A DNA stretch of 64,000 nt from Lama guanicoe. Lineage: Eukaryota. Of this stretch, positions 52,601 through 61,851 are shown in pieces; position 1 is the stretch's first letter; each line of letters opens with the position of its first letter. Location: assembly GCA_013239625.1 (NCBI GenBank), contig MU055600.1:12375010-12439009 (forward strand), in the 5' to 3' direction. The position numbers and the translations under genes were made by a program. The notes beneath the pieces are model-generated. The model was not told the DNA's origin, searched no databases, and worked only from the letters and a program-made list of their open reading frames with translations.

Positions 52601-55600
52601 GGCAGGACCCAACCAGAAGGGCAGGTGGTAAAGGACAGATCAGGGAACTTGGGGTCAGGAGAAACATGTGGGCCAGCCAATGTTATGGGCTGAATTGTAT
52701 CCCCCGCAAAACAGATGTTGAAGTCCTAACCCTGAGTACCCCAGAATGTGAACTTATTTGGAAATAGAATTGTTTCAGTTGTAATTAGTTAGGATGAGGT
52801 AACATTAGAGTAAGGTGAGTCCCTGATCCAATATGTCTGGTGTTCTTATAAGAAGATGGCCCATGGTACCAGGTTGAAAATATGAAGTCATGGCCTCAGG
52901 GAGAATGCCTTGTGAAGGCAGAGGATTGGAGTGACACATCTACAAGTCAATGAACACCAAAGATTGCCAAGAAACTACCAGAAGCTAGGAAGGGCGAGGC
53001 AGGATTCCCCTACAGGGAATCCTGCTAACACCTTGATTTTGGACTTCTAGCTTCCAGAACTGTGAGACAATAAATTTCTGTTGTTCTAAGCCCCCAGGTT
53101 TGTGGTTACAGCAGCCCTGGAAAACGAATATAGTCAGGAGATAAGAGGGTGGGTTTGGGGCGGGAAATTTAGGAACCCAGCCTAGGAAATGGCCAGTTGG
53201 ATAGATGAGAAGGACCTGATGGGTGTCAAAACAAGAGCCAGATACCCGTGCCCTGGCTGAGGGTACTCCCAGGCCCTGACCCCACAGATTGAGCTGATTT
53301 CAAGGACTGGACAGGTCCTAGGTGCTCCAGAGTCTATTGAGATGGCCTTATAACAAACACCAGATATGTCACTCAACATTCAACAGTCATTCAAGGAAGT
53401 TATAAAACCCTAATGTGAGAAATAAATGACAATTTGAATAAATAACCCCTTTCACAAGGCAGAGGGGAATAAAGGTAGCCCCCAAGGCAACATACAAATT
53501 GAATTTCAATGGAGGCCTTTGTCAAACTTCCTGAAATGACTGCAGATTTCATCTGGAAACAAAAATCAATAAGTAAGAATTCCAAAGAATTTGGGAAGGA
53601 GGGAGAGAAGAGAACAATGGAACAGTGACAGACAACTCACCCTACTGGAATTCAAAACACAAAACTACATGACAATGATAAAAGCCCTCTGGTACCAGGT
53701 TAAAAATATAAAGTCAAAGGTCATAGGGGGAAATTTCACAAATGGATCTAAGTTGATACATTAGGAACAAAAAACTCACCAATGAGAGAAAGAACCTTTG
53801 TCCTTCCCTTAAATAAATGTTGTTGGGACAACTGCCATGTAGCAAATAATTTAACTTGTTTACATATCTCACACCAAAATGAAGTCCACATTTATTTAAC
53901 AGTTATATTATATATATAGTTTTTTAGATAAAAGGGGAACTTAATTTTCAAGGTTATAAAATCATCAGTAATAAGATAGCTAGGTTTAATGTTAACTTTA
54001 TTTTTAACTTAAACTAAATTTAGGGGGCGGAAAACCCTTTAAAGGCTCAACCTTCACTTAGTCACATTCTGAGATACTAGGGGTTAGGATTTCAACATAT
54101 GAATTTGAGGGAGACACAGTTCAGCCCATAACAGCAACAGAAAGGAAAATATTTGGGATATAGTGAATAAAAGTTTAATATTCAAAAGAGGTAAAGTATT
54201 GATGTAAATTTAGGGCCTAAATTCAGTATTCATTGTCAGGGCTGCTTCAAGCCCATCTACCATCCACTTGCCCCTCCAGGCAGACATAGCTCTGAGATGT
54301 TGTTCCCCATTCAGTGATTGGAGCATGGTCTGGTATTCCCTGGCCATGTACCCTTGTGCAGTGAACAACCTGCCCAACCATACCCAGAGGTCCAGGGGCT
54401 GGTGGTCAAAGAAGTGAACAGAGAAGTGTGAATAACCCCATGAAAAAATGTGTCTGGTCATAGCTGATAGAGCTGTGTGACCACTGATGTACTCATATGT
54501 TGCCCAGACAACTTCACAATGTGATGAGCAGCTCTGTATGGAGACCTGCACATTCTCTAATCCCCAGATGATACTCGGATAACCCACAGCTTTGACCTAG
54601 GGATAAGAACCCAGCCAAGAGAGGTATCACCAATGGTATGAATTAAAAAATCAGTGTATACAATTAGTCACAGAAGTGAAACATTTAGAAGCTGTAGAAA
54701 ATCAGAAATTGGAGGTAGCAATATTAGGAGAGGGAAGAGCATGATAATAGTCACAAAGAGGCAAGTGTGACCAGTGCTGATGCTGCAGGATGAGTAAGTG
54801 ACAAATACTAAGATGAAGAGAAGAATCTAACACACACCTAGTCACAGGGCTGCATTTTATAGAAACCTGTGAATGCTTAAGAGATAAAATCAGAAAAGAC
54901 AGGAGGAGTGCTAAGAAATTGATGTTCAAGGATTTAAAAAGTGTCTTTCCTGAAGAATTTATTATGGAAAGCAAAATAAAATTTTGATGCCTTCCAGAAC
55001 ACAGAGGACTTGCTGGTAGTCAGATGAGGGCAGATGTCCAGACCCACTCATGTTGCTCTAAACTTGGGATGTCCCCCAAACCAGAGGACATTTTCTACTC
55101 CCTATGGCCATGCCAAGGTCAGAAGATAATCACCTTGTCACTGTCCTAAACACAAACCAGATGGTCAATTCCTAGGCGTGTTGAGCTCAGGACATGTGGC
55201 TGTGGACAGAGGTACAGACCACTCAGCTGGGCCTGGGCAGCACTGAGGGTGTGGGAAGAATGACAGAGCTGGTTGTCACCTTTCCTGGTAAAAAAACGCA
55301 CACCACTGCAACCCCCAGGATCTTCCACACATGCCCCAGCCAACTCACCCCTACAGATACCTACACATACCAAGACCCCCGCTGAATGCTGGTGCCACCA
55401 ATACACTCCCATATGTCCCCCACAGACATACCTACACCCCCAGACATAACCATACCCCCAAAGACACACCTACATCCCTCCAGACACATATAATCCACTC
55501 ATAAACCCCCACCACACAAAAAACCTTTCAGACACACACCCCCAATCCCCACAGAAACACACACAGTCATAGACACATACAGACACTTCCCACAAAAACA

Positions 55601-58600
55601 CTCTCAACACATAAACCCACATACCTGTGGACACACACACCTCACCCACAAATCCCTACAGACACTCATAGACACATACCACCACAAGCCCTCTCCATAC
55701 CCCTCAAACCCTGAACTAGACATGCACAGCCCACACAATGCACATGCCCTACGTACAGTCCCTCCATAGATACACACACCACACATACTCTACACACACA
55801 CACGTTTTCGACAAAACTGGGTCACTCCAGTCTTATTCACCAAAACGGCCTGTGGACTCCTATTTGAGATTCTTCATGATAAATATAGGCTTCTAAGATC
55901 AAACAAATCTAGTGTCACAGATCCTCTGACTTCCTCTTGAGGAATCAGGTGGGTGTCCTCATTGGTCAGTGTGGGGTGACTTCACTGGGACCAGTCAGAG
56001 TTTGCCCAGGCCCCTTTAAAGCTGGCTGTTCCCTAAAGCAGACTTCCTCACACTCGGCTGTCCTAACCGCCATGCCAGATGCCACGGGCCCATGTCAAAT
56101 GCCTTCCACATACCCAGGACATGTACTGGGGTACGCACACTGCCCCCACCCAGCTAACCTAGTGCACACACTCCTGGCTCCTGAAGGCTCCAAGGCCCTG
56201 GGCAAAGGGGACTCGAGGGAGGGGAGGGGCTGTCACAGCAGACAAGCAGAGGCAGGATTGTCAGATGCCCACTAACACAGACAGCAGATCCCTCTACCCT
56301 GGGTCCCTCATCTTTGCTCCCACCAGTTCATGTTCCCAAGAGGGAGAGGAAGGGAGAGATACACAGCAACACTCTGAGGCCATGAAAGATTCATCTCATG
56401 TAGTCAGATCCCCTTACACTGCACTCACTGTGACCTGACCTCTGGCCTGGCCTGGCCTGAGGGGCTCTCCGGGGGTGACTGGAGCCAGCCGGGGATAAAC
56501 ATGGCATATCCACTTCACCTGATAAACACCTTCCTCACTCCTCTCCCCACCCAAGTCCCATTAGATGGGAGAAGGTGGCCAAGTATTTTATCCTGTGTTT
56601 ATCCTGTGCCCAAACCTCACCAGAACCCACTTTAGCCAAGATCTGGGGGATGGAAAAGGTCAAATATTTTGCTCCACCCTCGAATATTTTAGTATCCTCT
56701 TCCCTTCAGAGGTTACAGGGAGATAAGCTCGTCTCCCCCCAACTCAAACTCTCAGTCCCCGCACAGTGCCCCTGACAGCCCCCTCCCTCATAGACCTTAA
56801 GTGCCGCCCAGTCCTCCTGCTGAGGACTGGAACTTAAAGGGGTCTGGGCTCAGAGTGGCAGCTTCCCATCCCTTGACTTCCCGGCTGTCTGTGTGAGGGT
56901 CCCTGGGGGCTCCTCTGTACCGCAGTGGCTGGCTCTGGTTCTGGCCTTGGTCAGTCTCCGGGCAAGATCCTTCCCGGGATGTTTCTGGGGTCGTGTCTTC
57001 CTCTGGAGCCTGTAGCCACCGAAGCTCCTCCGGCTGAAGGGCCTGGTACCAGGGTGGCGGCCCACCTTCAGGGGCCAGCACAGGGCTGGCAGCCTCCTGA
57101 TCAGCCCCACAGGCCCCTCTGCCCCCTGGCCTCACCACTGTCCCTGGGAGCTGCAGGAATCGCTGCATTGGACACCAAGTCTTGATCCAAAATGGGACTG
57201 AGCTGACCAGGGAGCCAGGGATGCCTGTCACTGTCACCAGACAGCCCGCCCCGAAACTCAGAAACCAGACACTGGCGGGGAGGGAGGATCTGGTTTCCTC
57301 TTCGCTGCTCAGAGACAGGGACTCACCAGGGGGAGGAAGGCAGGGACTGGGGACAAAGCCAGCCCCCAATATCCAGGCAGGGGACTAGGAGGGGTTAGGG
57401 AGCTGATCCAGACAGAAGTGAGGCTTCCCTCACCTCTACTCTCATGCCACAACTGGACCTCTGCCTCCCAGAACTGCTCTTCCTCAGAAATCTTATTCAC
57501 CCTGTGCTCCCTCTGACCCTAGCCCTCCAGATCCTCACCTATCTTTCCAGAGCCAGTTCCTTGATTTTTCCCTTCCTATCAGCACTCTCTTATCCCTACT
57601 TCCTTCATACCTGGCCTAGGCCCCCCACGTCAACCCCTCCAACTGCTCCCTACCCTGCCAGGAGCTGTTGCCTTTATTGGCTGTATTTCAAACCCACTCC
57701 ACGCTCCTCAAATTCTCACCCCTAGCCTTGCCCTTGCAAGCTTCACTAATTGCTTCTCATAGAAAATAAAGATCTTAGATCAAATCCCCAGCAGCTGCCA
57801 AACACCTGCATCTATGCTCTCCTCTCCTCCTGCCCTCCTCCCTCAGAGCAGAGCTGGTCCTCCTCAAAACCATGCCAGTCCTCTGACCCAGCTCTTTAAG
57901 CCTTCCCTCCCATCACTCAGGGATCTCTGCATCCTTCAGTTCCTTTCAGCCTCCCCTACACTATTGGCTCCTTCCCATCAGCAGTTAAACTTGCTCTAGT
58001 CTCTCCCATCCTATAATAAACAAAGAAAAATAATAACAAAAATAAAATAAATAAATCTTGAACTGAAGTTCTCCTCTGGCAACTCTCTCCCTCCCTTCCC
58101 TCTACAATCACACTTCTTGAAAGAAAAATTCCTATTCCCTGTGTTTATTTTTTTAATTCCTATTCCTATTCACGCCTCTATTCACTTTAATCTGGCTTCA
58201 TATGCTGATTAGAAATTAGGGCTGAGGGGCCATGTTTGCAACTTACATGGTTCAGGCAAAAATATTTATAGCTAGATGGTTAAATAAAGCAAATATGGCA
58301 CAATGTCAATGTTTGAATCTAGGTGGAGGGTATACATAAATTCATTACATTATGTTTAAAACTGTTCATTGTATTATGTTTAAAATTGTTCATAATATAA
58401 TGGGGGGGGTGGAATCTAGCTTCTCTTCTAACTTTGCCAGAACTGGTCTCCCAGGGCAGGAGGTGGGGGTTGGAGCAGGGAGGGGTTGCCCTGCACTTTG
58501 TCAAACCAGTGGTCACAATTTCTTCCCTTATTTGAGTTGAACTCAATGGGCATTGACACTGCTTATATCTTGCTTCTTCTTGAAACTACATTTTATTTTT

Positions 58601-60318
58601 CCTCCTATCCTTGGCTTACTTTTTCTCAGTTGCCTTGAGACACTTTCCCTGCTCTCTGGTCACCCTTAATGTCCATGTCTTCAGGGTTCACACCCATGCC
58701 CTGTGAACTTATTTTACTGCAGGCTGTCTAAGTTATCTTCACTTCGTTTTGTGGCTTTGATTGACATATATATACATACATATATATATATACATACCCT
58801 AATAATCTCTCCTGGAATCCAAATCCTAACACCCTAGGACTAGACTTGAATGTACCTCAGAGTTTACAATCTCGGCATGTCAAAAGCTGGGCTCAACATT
58901 ATTTTCCACAACTTTGCTTGTAATGACTTTATTTCTAGTTACACTGTATGGTACCATCATGTGTCCGCTGCAAGAACTAGTAACTGGAGTATTATCCTTA
59001 TCTTTTCCTGGCCCCTTCCTCTCCCCTCCCCTCCCCTCCCAAGTTATCATCAGGTCTGTGGCTTCTACCACTTCAACAGCCCTCAAACCCTCTTAAACTT
59101 AGGCCACCATCATGTCCCCCCTCCTCCAATTTCAACATCCCCTCACTTGTCTCCTGCTCAGTCCAGCACATTCCTTCTCCACAATCCAGCCTGGCATCCT
59201 TCTAAAATGCTAATCTGCTATTGCCTGTTTAAAACTCTTCAGCGGCCACAGCCACCTCCAACCTTGGCGTCTCCTCACCTATATTTCTGGTCACTCCTGG
59301 GGGCTTGCTCAGAGATTCTGGCCACATTGTACTAACACCTACAAAACCTGTGACCAGGCTCTCCTTCACCTCTTTCCTCTGCCTGAAACATACCTCGCTC
59401 TCCCCCTCTCCCTTCTCTCCAGGCCCAGGGAACAACTCCTCATCCCTCTGACTGCCCCCACTACACTGAATCGTCACTGACAGAATCTTCCCTGTGTTCC
59501 CCTCTAGACAACTAGAGGACGTTCTCAAGAACTGAACCATGCTCACGGCTGCATTTAGTGACTAGGACAAGGACAAGGCCCTTAAAAAATGCTTGTTTCA
59601 GAACTCACGAATAAACGAATTAACGAACGAATGAGCCAAAGGTAAAAGGGAAGAGTGGTAAGCACAGGGGCAAAGTAGGGACCATAGTGTGGGCGCCAGA
59701 GTGTAGATGGGGATGAGAACACGGGGACCAGAATGAGGGAAAATGGACTGTAGGAGGGGCCAGGCCTGGGAGGTTCTGAGTATGTATCCAGCACCGTCCT
59801 TCCCGGACAGGCCCGCGGCTCAAGCTCGCCGATTCTGGCCCCTCCCCTACGTTCTTTCAGGGTCAATTCGTCACGCGCGGAAAAAGGCGAGGACCCTGTG
59901 ATCCAAACCTACAAACAGGAGAAATCCTGGGGTTGGTCCTCCAGAAACGGAGCTGGCTAGCCCATCCCCCACCAGCCTCCAACTCCCTTCCCGGGTTCCA
60001 GGCCGGCCCCTCCGAGCAGGGCGCTGGCGTGGGGACGAGGGTTGCAAGGGTCGATGCCCGCTGCGGGAGGGGGCTTCCGGTCCGCGGCGCCGGGGCGGGG
60101 CATGGGCTGGGCCGCAGCGGACGGGCCCAGGCGCTGTCCGTGGTACCGGAGCGCGTCTCCCGCTGCGGCGCCGGGTCTAGCCACCCTCTCGGCGGGCTCC
60201 CTCACCGCTTGTAGTCGGAGGAGAAGATGCCGCCACTCGCCGGGTCGTGGCCGTACTCGGGCTCCCCGGGGCCCGCAGAGCCGCCCTTGTCGTCGCTGTA
60301 GGCGGGGGCGGCCGACAT
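29426..60318 (-). CDS. AP3B2: AP-3 complex subunit beta-2, 27 coding exons, ~3312 nt / ~1103 aa including the 57-nt cassette exon
   Basis: Starts [38 protein letters not shown] and ends ...[22 protein letters not shown]. All visible exons have GT-AG boundaries with consistent phases. Exon 12 (133 nt) and the 3' part of exon 15 (187 nt total) are inferred under N-runs from the recalled orthologous protein. Confidence 0.98.
29670..29808 (-). CDS. AP3B2: AP3B2 exon 26 (139 nt)
   Basis: [45 protein letters not shown]. Confidence 0.95.
31112..31428. mobile_element. MER58-like hAT MITE
   Basis: TTGGCAAATTAC ... TTTTATTGGAGTACAGCCAC ... TTGGCTGACCCCT. Confidence 0.75.
32307..32404 (-). CDS. AP3B2: AP3B2 exon 25 (98 nt)
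   Basis: [32 protein letters not shown]. Confidence 0.95.
32631..32715 (-). CDS. AP3B2: AP3B2 exon 24 (85 nt)
   Basis: [27 protein letters not shown]. Confidence 0.95.
33112..33340 (-). CDS. AP3B2: AP3B2 exon 23 (229 nt)
   Basis: [32 protein letters not shown]...ISIQEFPEI (ear domain). Confidence 0.95.
33543..33649 (-). CDS. AP3B2: AP3B2 exon 22 (107 nt)
   Basis: [35 protein letters not shown]. Confidence 0.94.
33741..33761 (+). promoter_or_regulatory. RE1/NRSE (REST site) in AP3B2 intron 21
   Basis: TTCAGCACCATGGACAGCGAG versus consensus TTCAGCACCACGGACAGCGCC. Confidence 0.85.
33979..34039 (-). CDS. AP3B2: AP3B2 exon 21 (61 nt), clathrin-box
   Basis: [20 protein letters not shown] contains the LLDLE clathrin-box motif. 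Confidence 0.95.
34182..34362 (-). CDS. AP3B2: AP3B2 exon 20 (181 nt)
   Basis: [20 protein letters not shown]...[10 protein letters not shown]. Confidence 0.92.
34695..34818 (-). CDS. AP3B2: AP3B2 exon 19 (124 nt), Ser/acidic hinge
   Basis: [40 protein letters not shown]; donor |GTAAG. Confidence 0.92.
35179..35287 (-). CDS. AP3B2: AP3B2 exon 18 (109 nt)
   Basis: [36 protein letters not shown]. Confidence 0.95.
35609..35665 (-). CDS. AP3B2: AP3B2 exon 17, symmetric 57-nt cassette exon
   Basis: [19 protein letters not shown]; phase 0/0; matches the recalled 19-aa insert of the long isoform. Confidence 0.85.
35766..35884 (-). CDS. AP3B2: AP3B2 exon 16 (119 nt)
   Basis: [39 protein letters not shown]. 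Confidence 0.95.
37124..37310 (-). CDS. AP3B2: AP3B2 exon 15 (~187 nt; 3' end hidden in N-run 37097-37252)
   Basis: [19 protein letters not shown] visible; lower coordinate inferred from the recalled orthologous exon length. Confidence 0.8.
38280..39120 (+). mobile_element. Decayed Ty3/Gypsy integrase fossil (antisense in AP3B2 intron 14)
   Basis: Motifs in the expected order: [21 protein letters not shown] (38578), [21 protein letters not shown] (38838). Confidence 0.7.
39230..39773 (+). mobile_element. MLT1 (MaLR) solo LTR
   Basis: CCAATAGAATATGGCAAAAGTGA, GAACTGAATCCTGCCACCAACCA, ends GCAACAGAAAACTAATACA. Confidence 0.85.
41602..41796. mobile_element. MER58A hAT MITE
   Basis: TIRs CAAGGGTTGGCAAACT ... 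AGTTTGCCAACCCTG. Confidence 0.85.
42453..42629 (-). CDS. AP3B2: AP3B2 exon 14 (177 nt)
   Basis: [59 protein letters not shown]. Confidence 0.96.
43256..43365 (-). CDS. AP3B2: AP3B2 exon 13 (110 nt)
   Basis: [37 protein letters not shown]. Confidence 0.95.
43619..43774 (-). other. AP3B2: N-run expected to contain AP3B2 exon 12 (~133 nt); exact boundaries not visible
   Basis: Exon 11 ends in phase 0 and exon 13 begins in phase 1. The missing TYIRSMDKDF...SNRD segment is not visible elsewhere between them, and the 156-nt N-run can hold it. Confidence 0.75.
44116..44178 (-). CDS. AP3B2: AP3B2 exon 11 (63 nt)
   Basis: [21 protein letters not shown]. Confidence 0.95.
44350..45010 (+). mobile_element. 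L2 3' fragment
   Basis: GGCCTTTGCAGATGCTGTTTCCTCT, CTAGACTGTAAG..CCACAAGGGC, ends TGAATGAA. Confidence 0.7.
45484..45555 (-). CDS. AP3B2: AP3B2 exon 10 (72 nt)
   Basis: [24 protein letters not shown]. Confidence 0.95.
45912..45966 (-). CDS. AP3B2: AP3B2 exon 9 (55 nt)
   Basis: [18 protein letters not shown]. Confidence 0.95.
46220..46503 (-). CDS. AP3B2: AP3B2 exon 8 (284 nt, interior 46254-46393 is N)
   Basis: [19 protein letters not shown]...[N]...[10 protein letters not shown]; frame preserved across the N-run. Confidence 0.92.
46597..46779 (-). CDS. AP3B2: AP3B2 exon 7 (183 nt)
   Basis: [61 protein letters not shown]. Confidence 0.96.
46877..46943 (-). CDS. AP3B2: AP3B2 exon 6 (67 nt)
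   Basis: [22 protein letters not shown]. Confidence 0.95.
47189..47349 (-). CDS. AP3B2: AP3B2 exon 5 (161 nt)
   Basis: [53 protein letters not shown]. Confidence 0.96.
47900..48900 (+). mobile_element. L3/CR1 LINE reverse transcriptase fossil
   Basis: [13 protein letters not shown] (~48000), IPDKILE (~48055), [13 protein letters not shown] (48293-48331). Confidence 0.75.
49240..50040 (+). mobile_element. 5'-truncated L1 (end of ORF2 plus 3' UTR)
   Basis: CATATGACCCAGCAATTCCACTCCTGG motif, A-rich tail, TSD-like AAAAAAGCTGTAAT / AAAACAGTTGTAAT. Confidence 0.9.
49568..49601. repeat. (AC)17 microsatellite inside L1
   Basis: Perfect dinucleotide run. Confidence 0.95.
50132..50341. mobile_element. 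MER58-like hAT MITE
   Basis: AGGTTGGCACACTAC ... GTTTGCTGACCACTG. Confidence 0.7.
51016..51078. repeat. 21-bp tandem repeat (ACTCCATTCTAGAATACTTGA x2 plus a degenerate third copy)
   Basis: Seen directly. Confidence 0.85.
51817..51912 (-). CDS. AP3B2: AP3B2 exon 4 (96 nt)
   Basis: [32 protein letters not shown] (adaptin N-terminal motif). Confidence 0.96.
52202..52276 (-). CDS. AP3B2: AP3B2 exon 3 (75 nt)
   Basis: [25 protein letters not shown]; AG/GT. Confidence 0.96.
52421..52496 (-). CDS. AP3B2: AP3B2 exon 2 (76 nt)
   Basis: [25 protein letters not shown]; CAG| and |GTGAG. Confidence 0.96.
52681..53132 (+). mobile_element. MLT1C-like solo LTR
   Basis: TGTTATGGGCTGAATTGTATCCCCC ... CCAGAACTGTGAGACAATAAATTTCTGTTG ... 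CAGCAGCCCTGGAAAAC. Confidence 0.9.
55290..55805. repeat. CA-rich low-complexity tract (UG-rich in the AP3B2 pre-mRNA)
   Basis: ~500 bp of degenerate CAC/ACAC/CAGACAC units. Confidence 0.85.
58560..59635 (+). mobile_element. L2 fragments
   Basis: Pyrimidine-rich L2-like segments ending in a (GAAT/AACGAAT)n tail at ~59608-59632. Confidence 0.6.
60130..60150 (-). promoter_or_regulatory. RE1/NRSE-like site at the start of AP3B2 intron 1
   Basis: Minus strand TCCGGTACCACGGACAGCGCC, 18/21 match to consensus with a perfect right half. Confidence 0.7.
60206..60318 (-). CDS. AP3B2: AP3B2 coding exon 1 (113 nt)
   Basis: ATG at 60318; MSAAPAY...SSDYKR; donor CG|GTGAG. Confidence 0.96.
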
Positions 60319-61851
60319 GAGGCAGCAGAGGAGAGAGCTTCGCTGGAGAGGAGTTGGCGCGGCCGGGATGCGGCTGGGGTCGAGGAAGGGAACGCAGTCC
60401 GGGAAGGCGAGGTCGGCGGCGCGGCCCGCGCTCTGCAGAGGCAGCAATCTGCTGTGGCGGAGGCAGCGCGTGGATTTATCAATCAGGGCGGAGGGCGTTG
60501 AGGTTCTTAAAGGCACCAGCGCCTGCGGAGCGGAAGGCGGGTCCGTGGGGGGAGCGGGAGGGGAGGTGCATCAGGGTCTAGCCCCGCCCCAATCCCTCGG
60601 AAATCAGCCCCGCCTCAACCCCGTAAGGAAGGTTCCTGACCCTTTAAAGGTCTGGGGGTAGGTGGAAGTGCCTGGACTGATGATGGGACAGACTTCCAGG
60701 ATGTCAAACCCACTCCAGAACACCAGGTCTCAGTGGTATGGCTTCTAGGAAGCTCCGCTCATTCCAGACTCAAGAGCGGATACTCACCCACACAATGAAA
60801 GAAAAGGTGGGGTGGGGTGGGGGGTTAAGAGAAAAGCTGTGCCACAAGACTGAGACTGAGGGTCCTACAGCAGGAAGGAGGCACTGCACCCTGAGACTGG
60901 GTCAGAGACCAAGGTCGGTCCCTCTCCCCACTCCATTTTTCCTACAAAATCTGGGCCCCTCTGACAGCGTCCTATTTTCTTACCAGGAAGCCAGGGACCT
61001 CCCTGGAGATGATGGAATTTAAGGAAGGCTGAGGAGCTTACATACAGCAGGCTGCTGTAGATGTAGATGCAGATGTGGAGAGATGGGGAGAGAATAGCGG
61101 GGGCGGTGAACCCTGAATTCAGCTTCGGAAAATAGTTTAATGACCATTTCCGAAGCCTCCATGCCCACCTTGGCATGCCTGAGGTCATGGCTAGTCCATA
61201 GTCAAGTCCACATCCACTGACACCTAGGAAGGAAGGAAAAGGGAAGAGGCTGAGTTAGGGTCTGGTATGATTGCCAAAATTCTTGAATCATGTGAGGCCC
61301 CCGGTTCATCTCCCAAAGCCCAAGGTACCCCAAGGAAAGATGGCCTGGGTCTAGAGGGAAAGTTGTGAGTGGGCTGGAGAAAGGAGTGGGATCTAGTTGA
61401 ATTAAGGGCAATAGGTTGAAAAGCTGGGATCTCTTGCCTGGGCTTGGGGGAGGAGGTGAGGAAGACTGGATTCAGAGAGCAAAAGGATCCACAGGGCTGA
61501 GTCCTGATCTCCAGAATCAGAATTGGTGGGCCTGGGTGGAGATGGGTGAGGCCTGGAAAGGTGGAGCTTTGGTTCTGTACATGGGTTCCACTGGGGAATG
61601 GGAATGAGGGTTGACCAGGACCATGGCAGCGCTTGGCTGAAGTAGGCTGAAGTAAATAGATATGCCCAGGACCTGTGAGCTGGGATCTTTCTGCAGTGGC
61701 CCCAAAAGGGTTTCAGAGTAGAATCTTAACGAGTTAACAGGCCTAGCTTGCTTCTGGGGGCTTTGGGTCTACCAGAGTAAAGTAGATTTTGAGTTTGAGG
61801 AAGGTGACCCTGGGTGGGGAGGGAGGCGTGAACTCTGCAGCAGCAGATTGG

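Larger units (their letters stand above)
59780..60620 (-). promoter_or_regulatory. AP3B2 CpG-island promoter and exon 1
   Basis: High GC and CpG density around exon 1; GC boxes (CCCCGCCCC) at ~60582 and ~60608. Confidence 0.85.

Noticed and set aside
56797-57384. 190-aa minus-strand ORF and a possible 58-nt cryptic exon (57327-57384) in AP3B2 intron 1
   Set aside because: No recognisable homology, and the branch-point-like CTAAC is too close to the AG.
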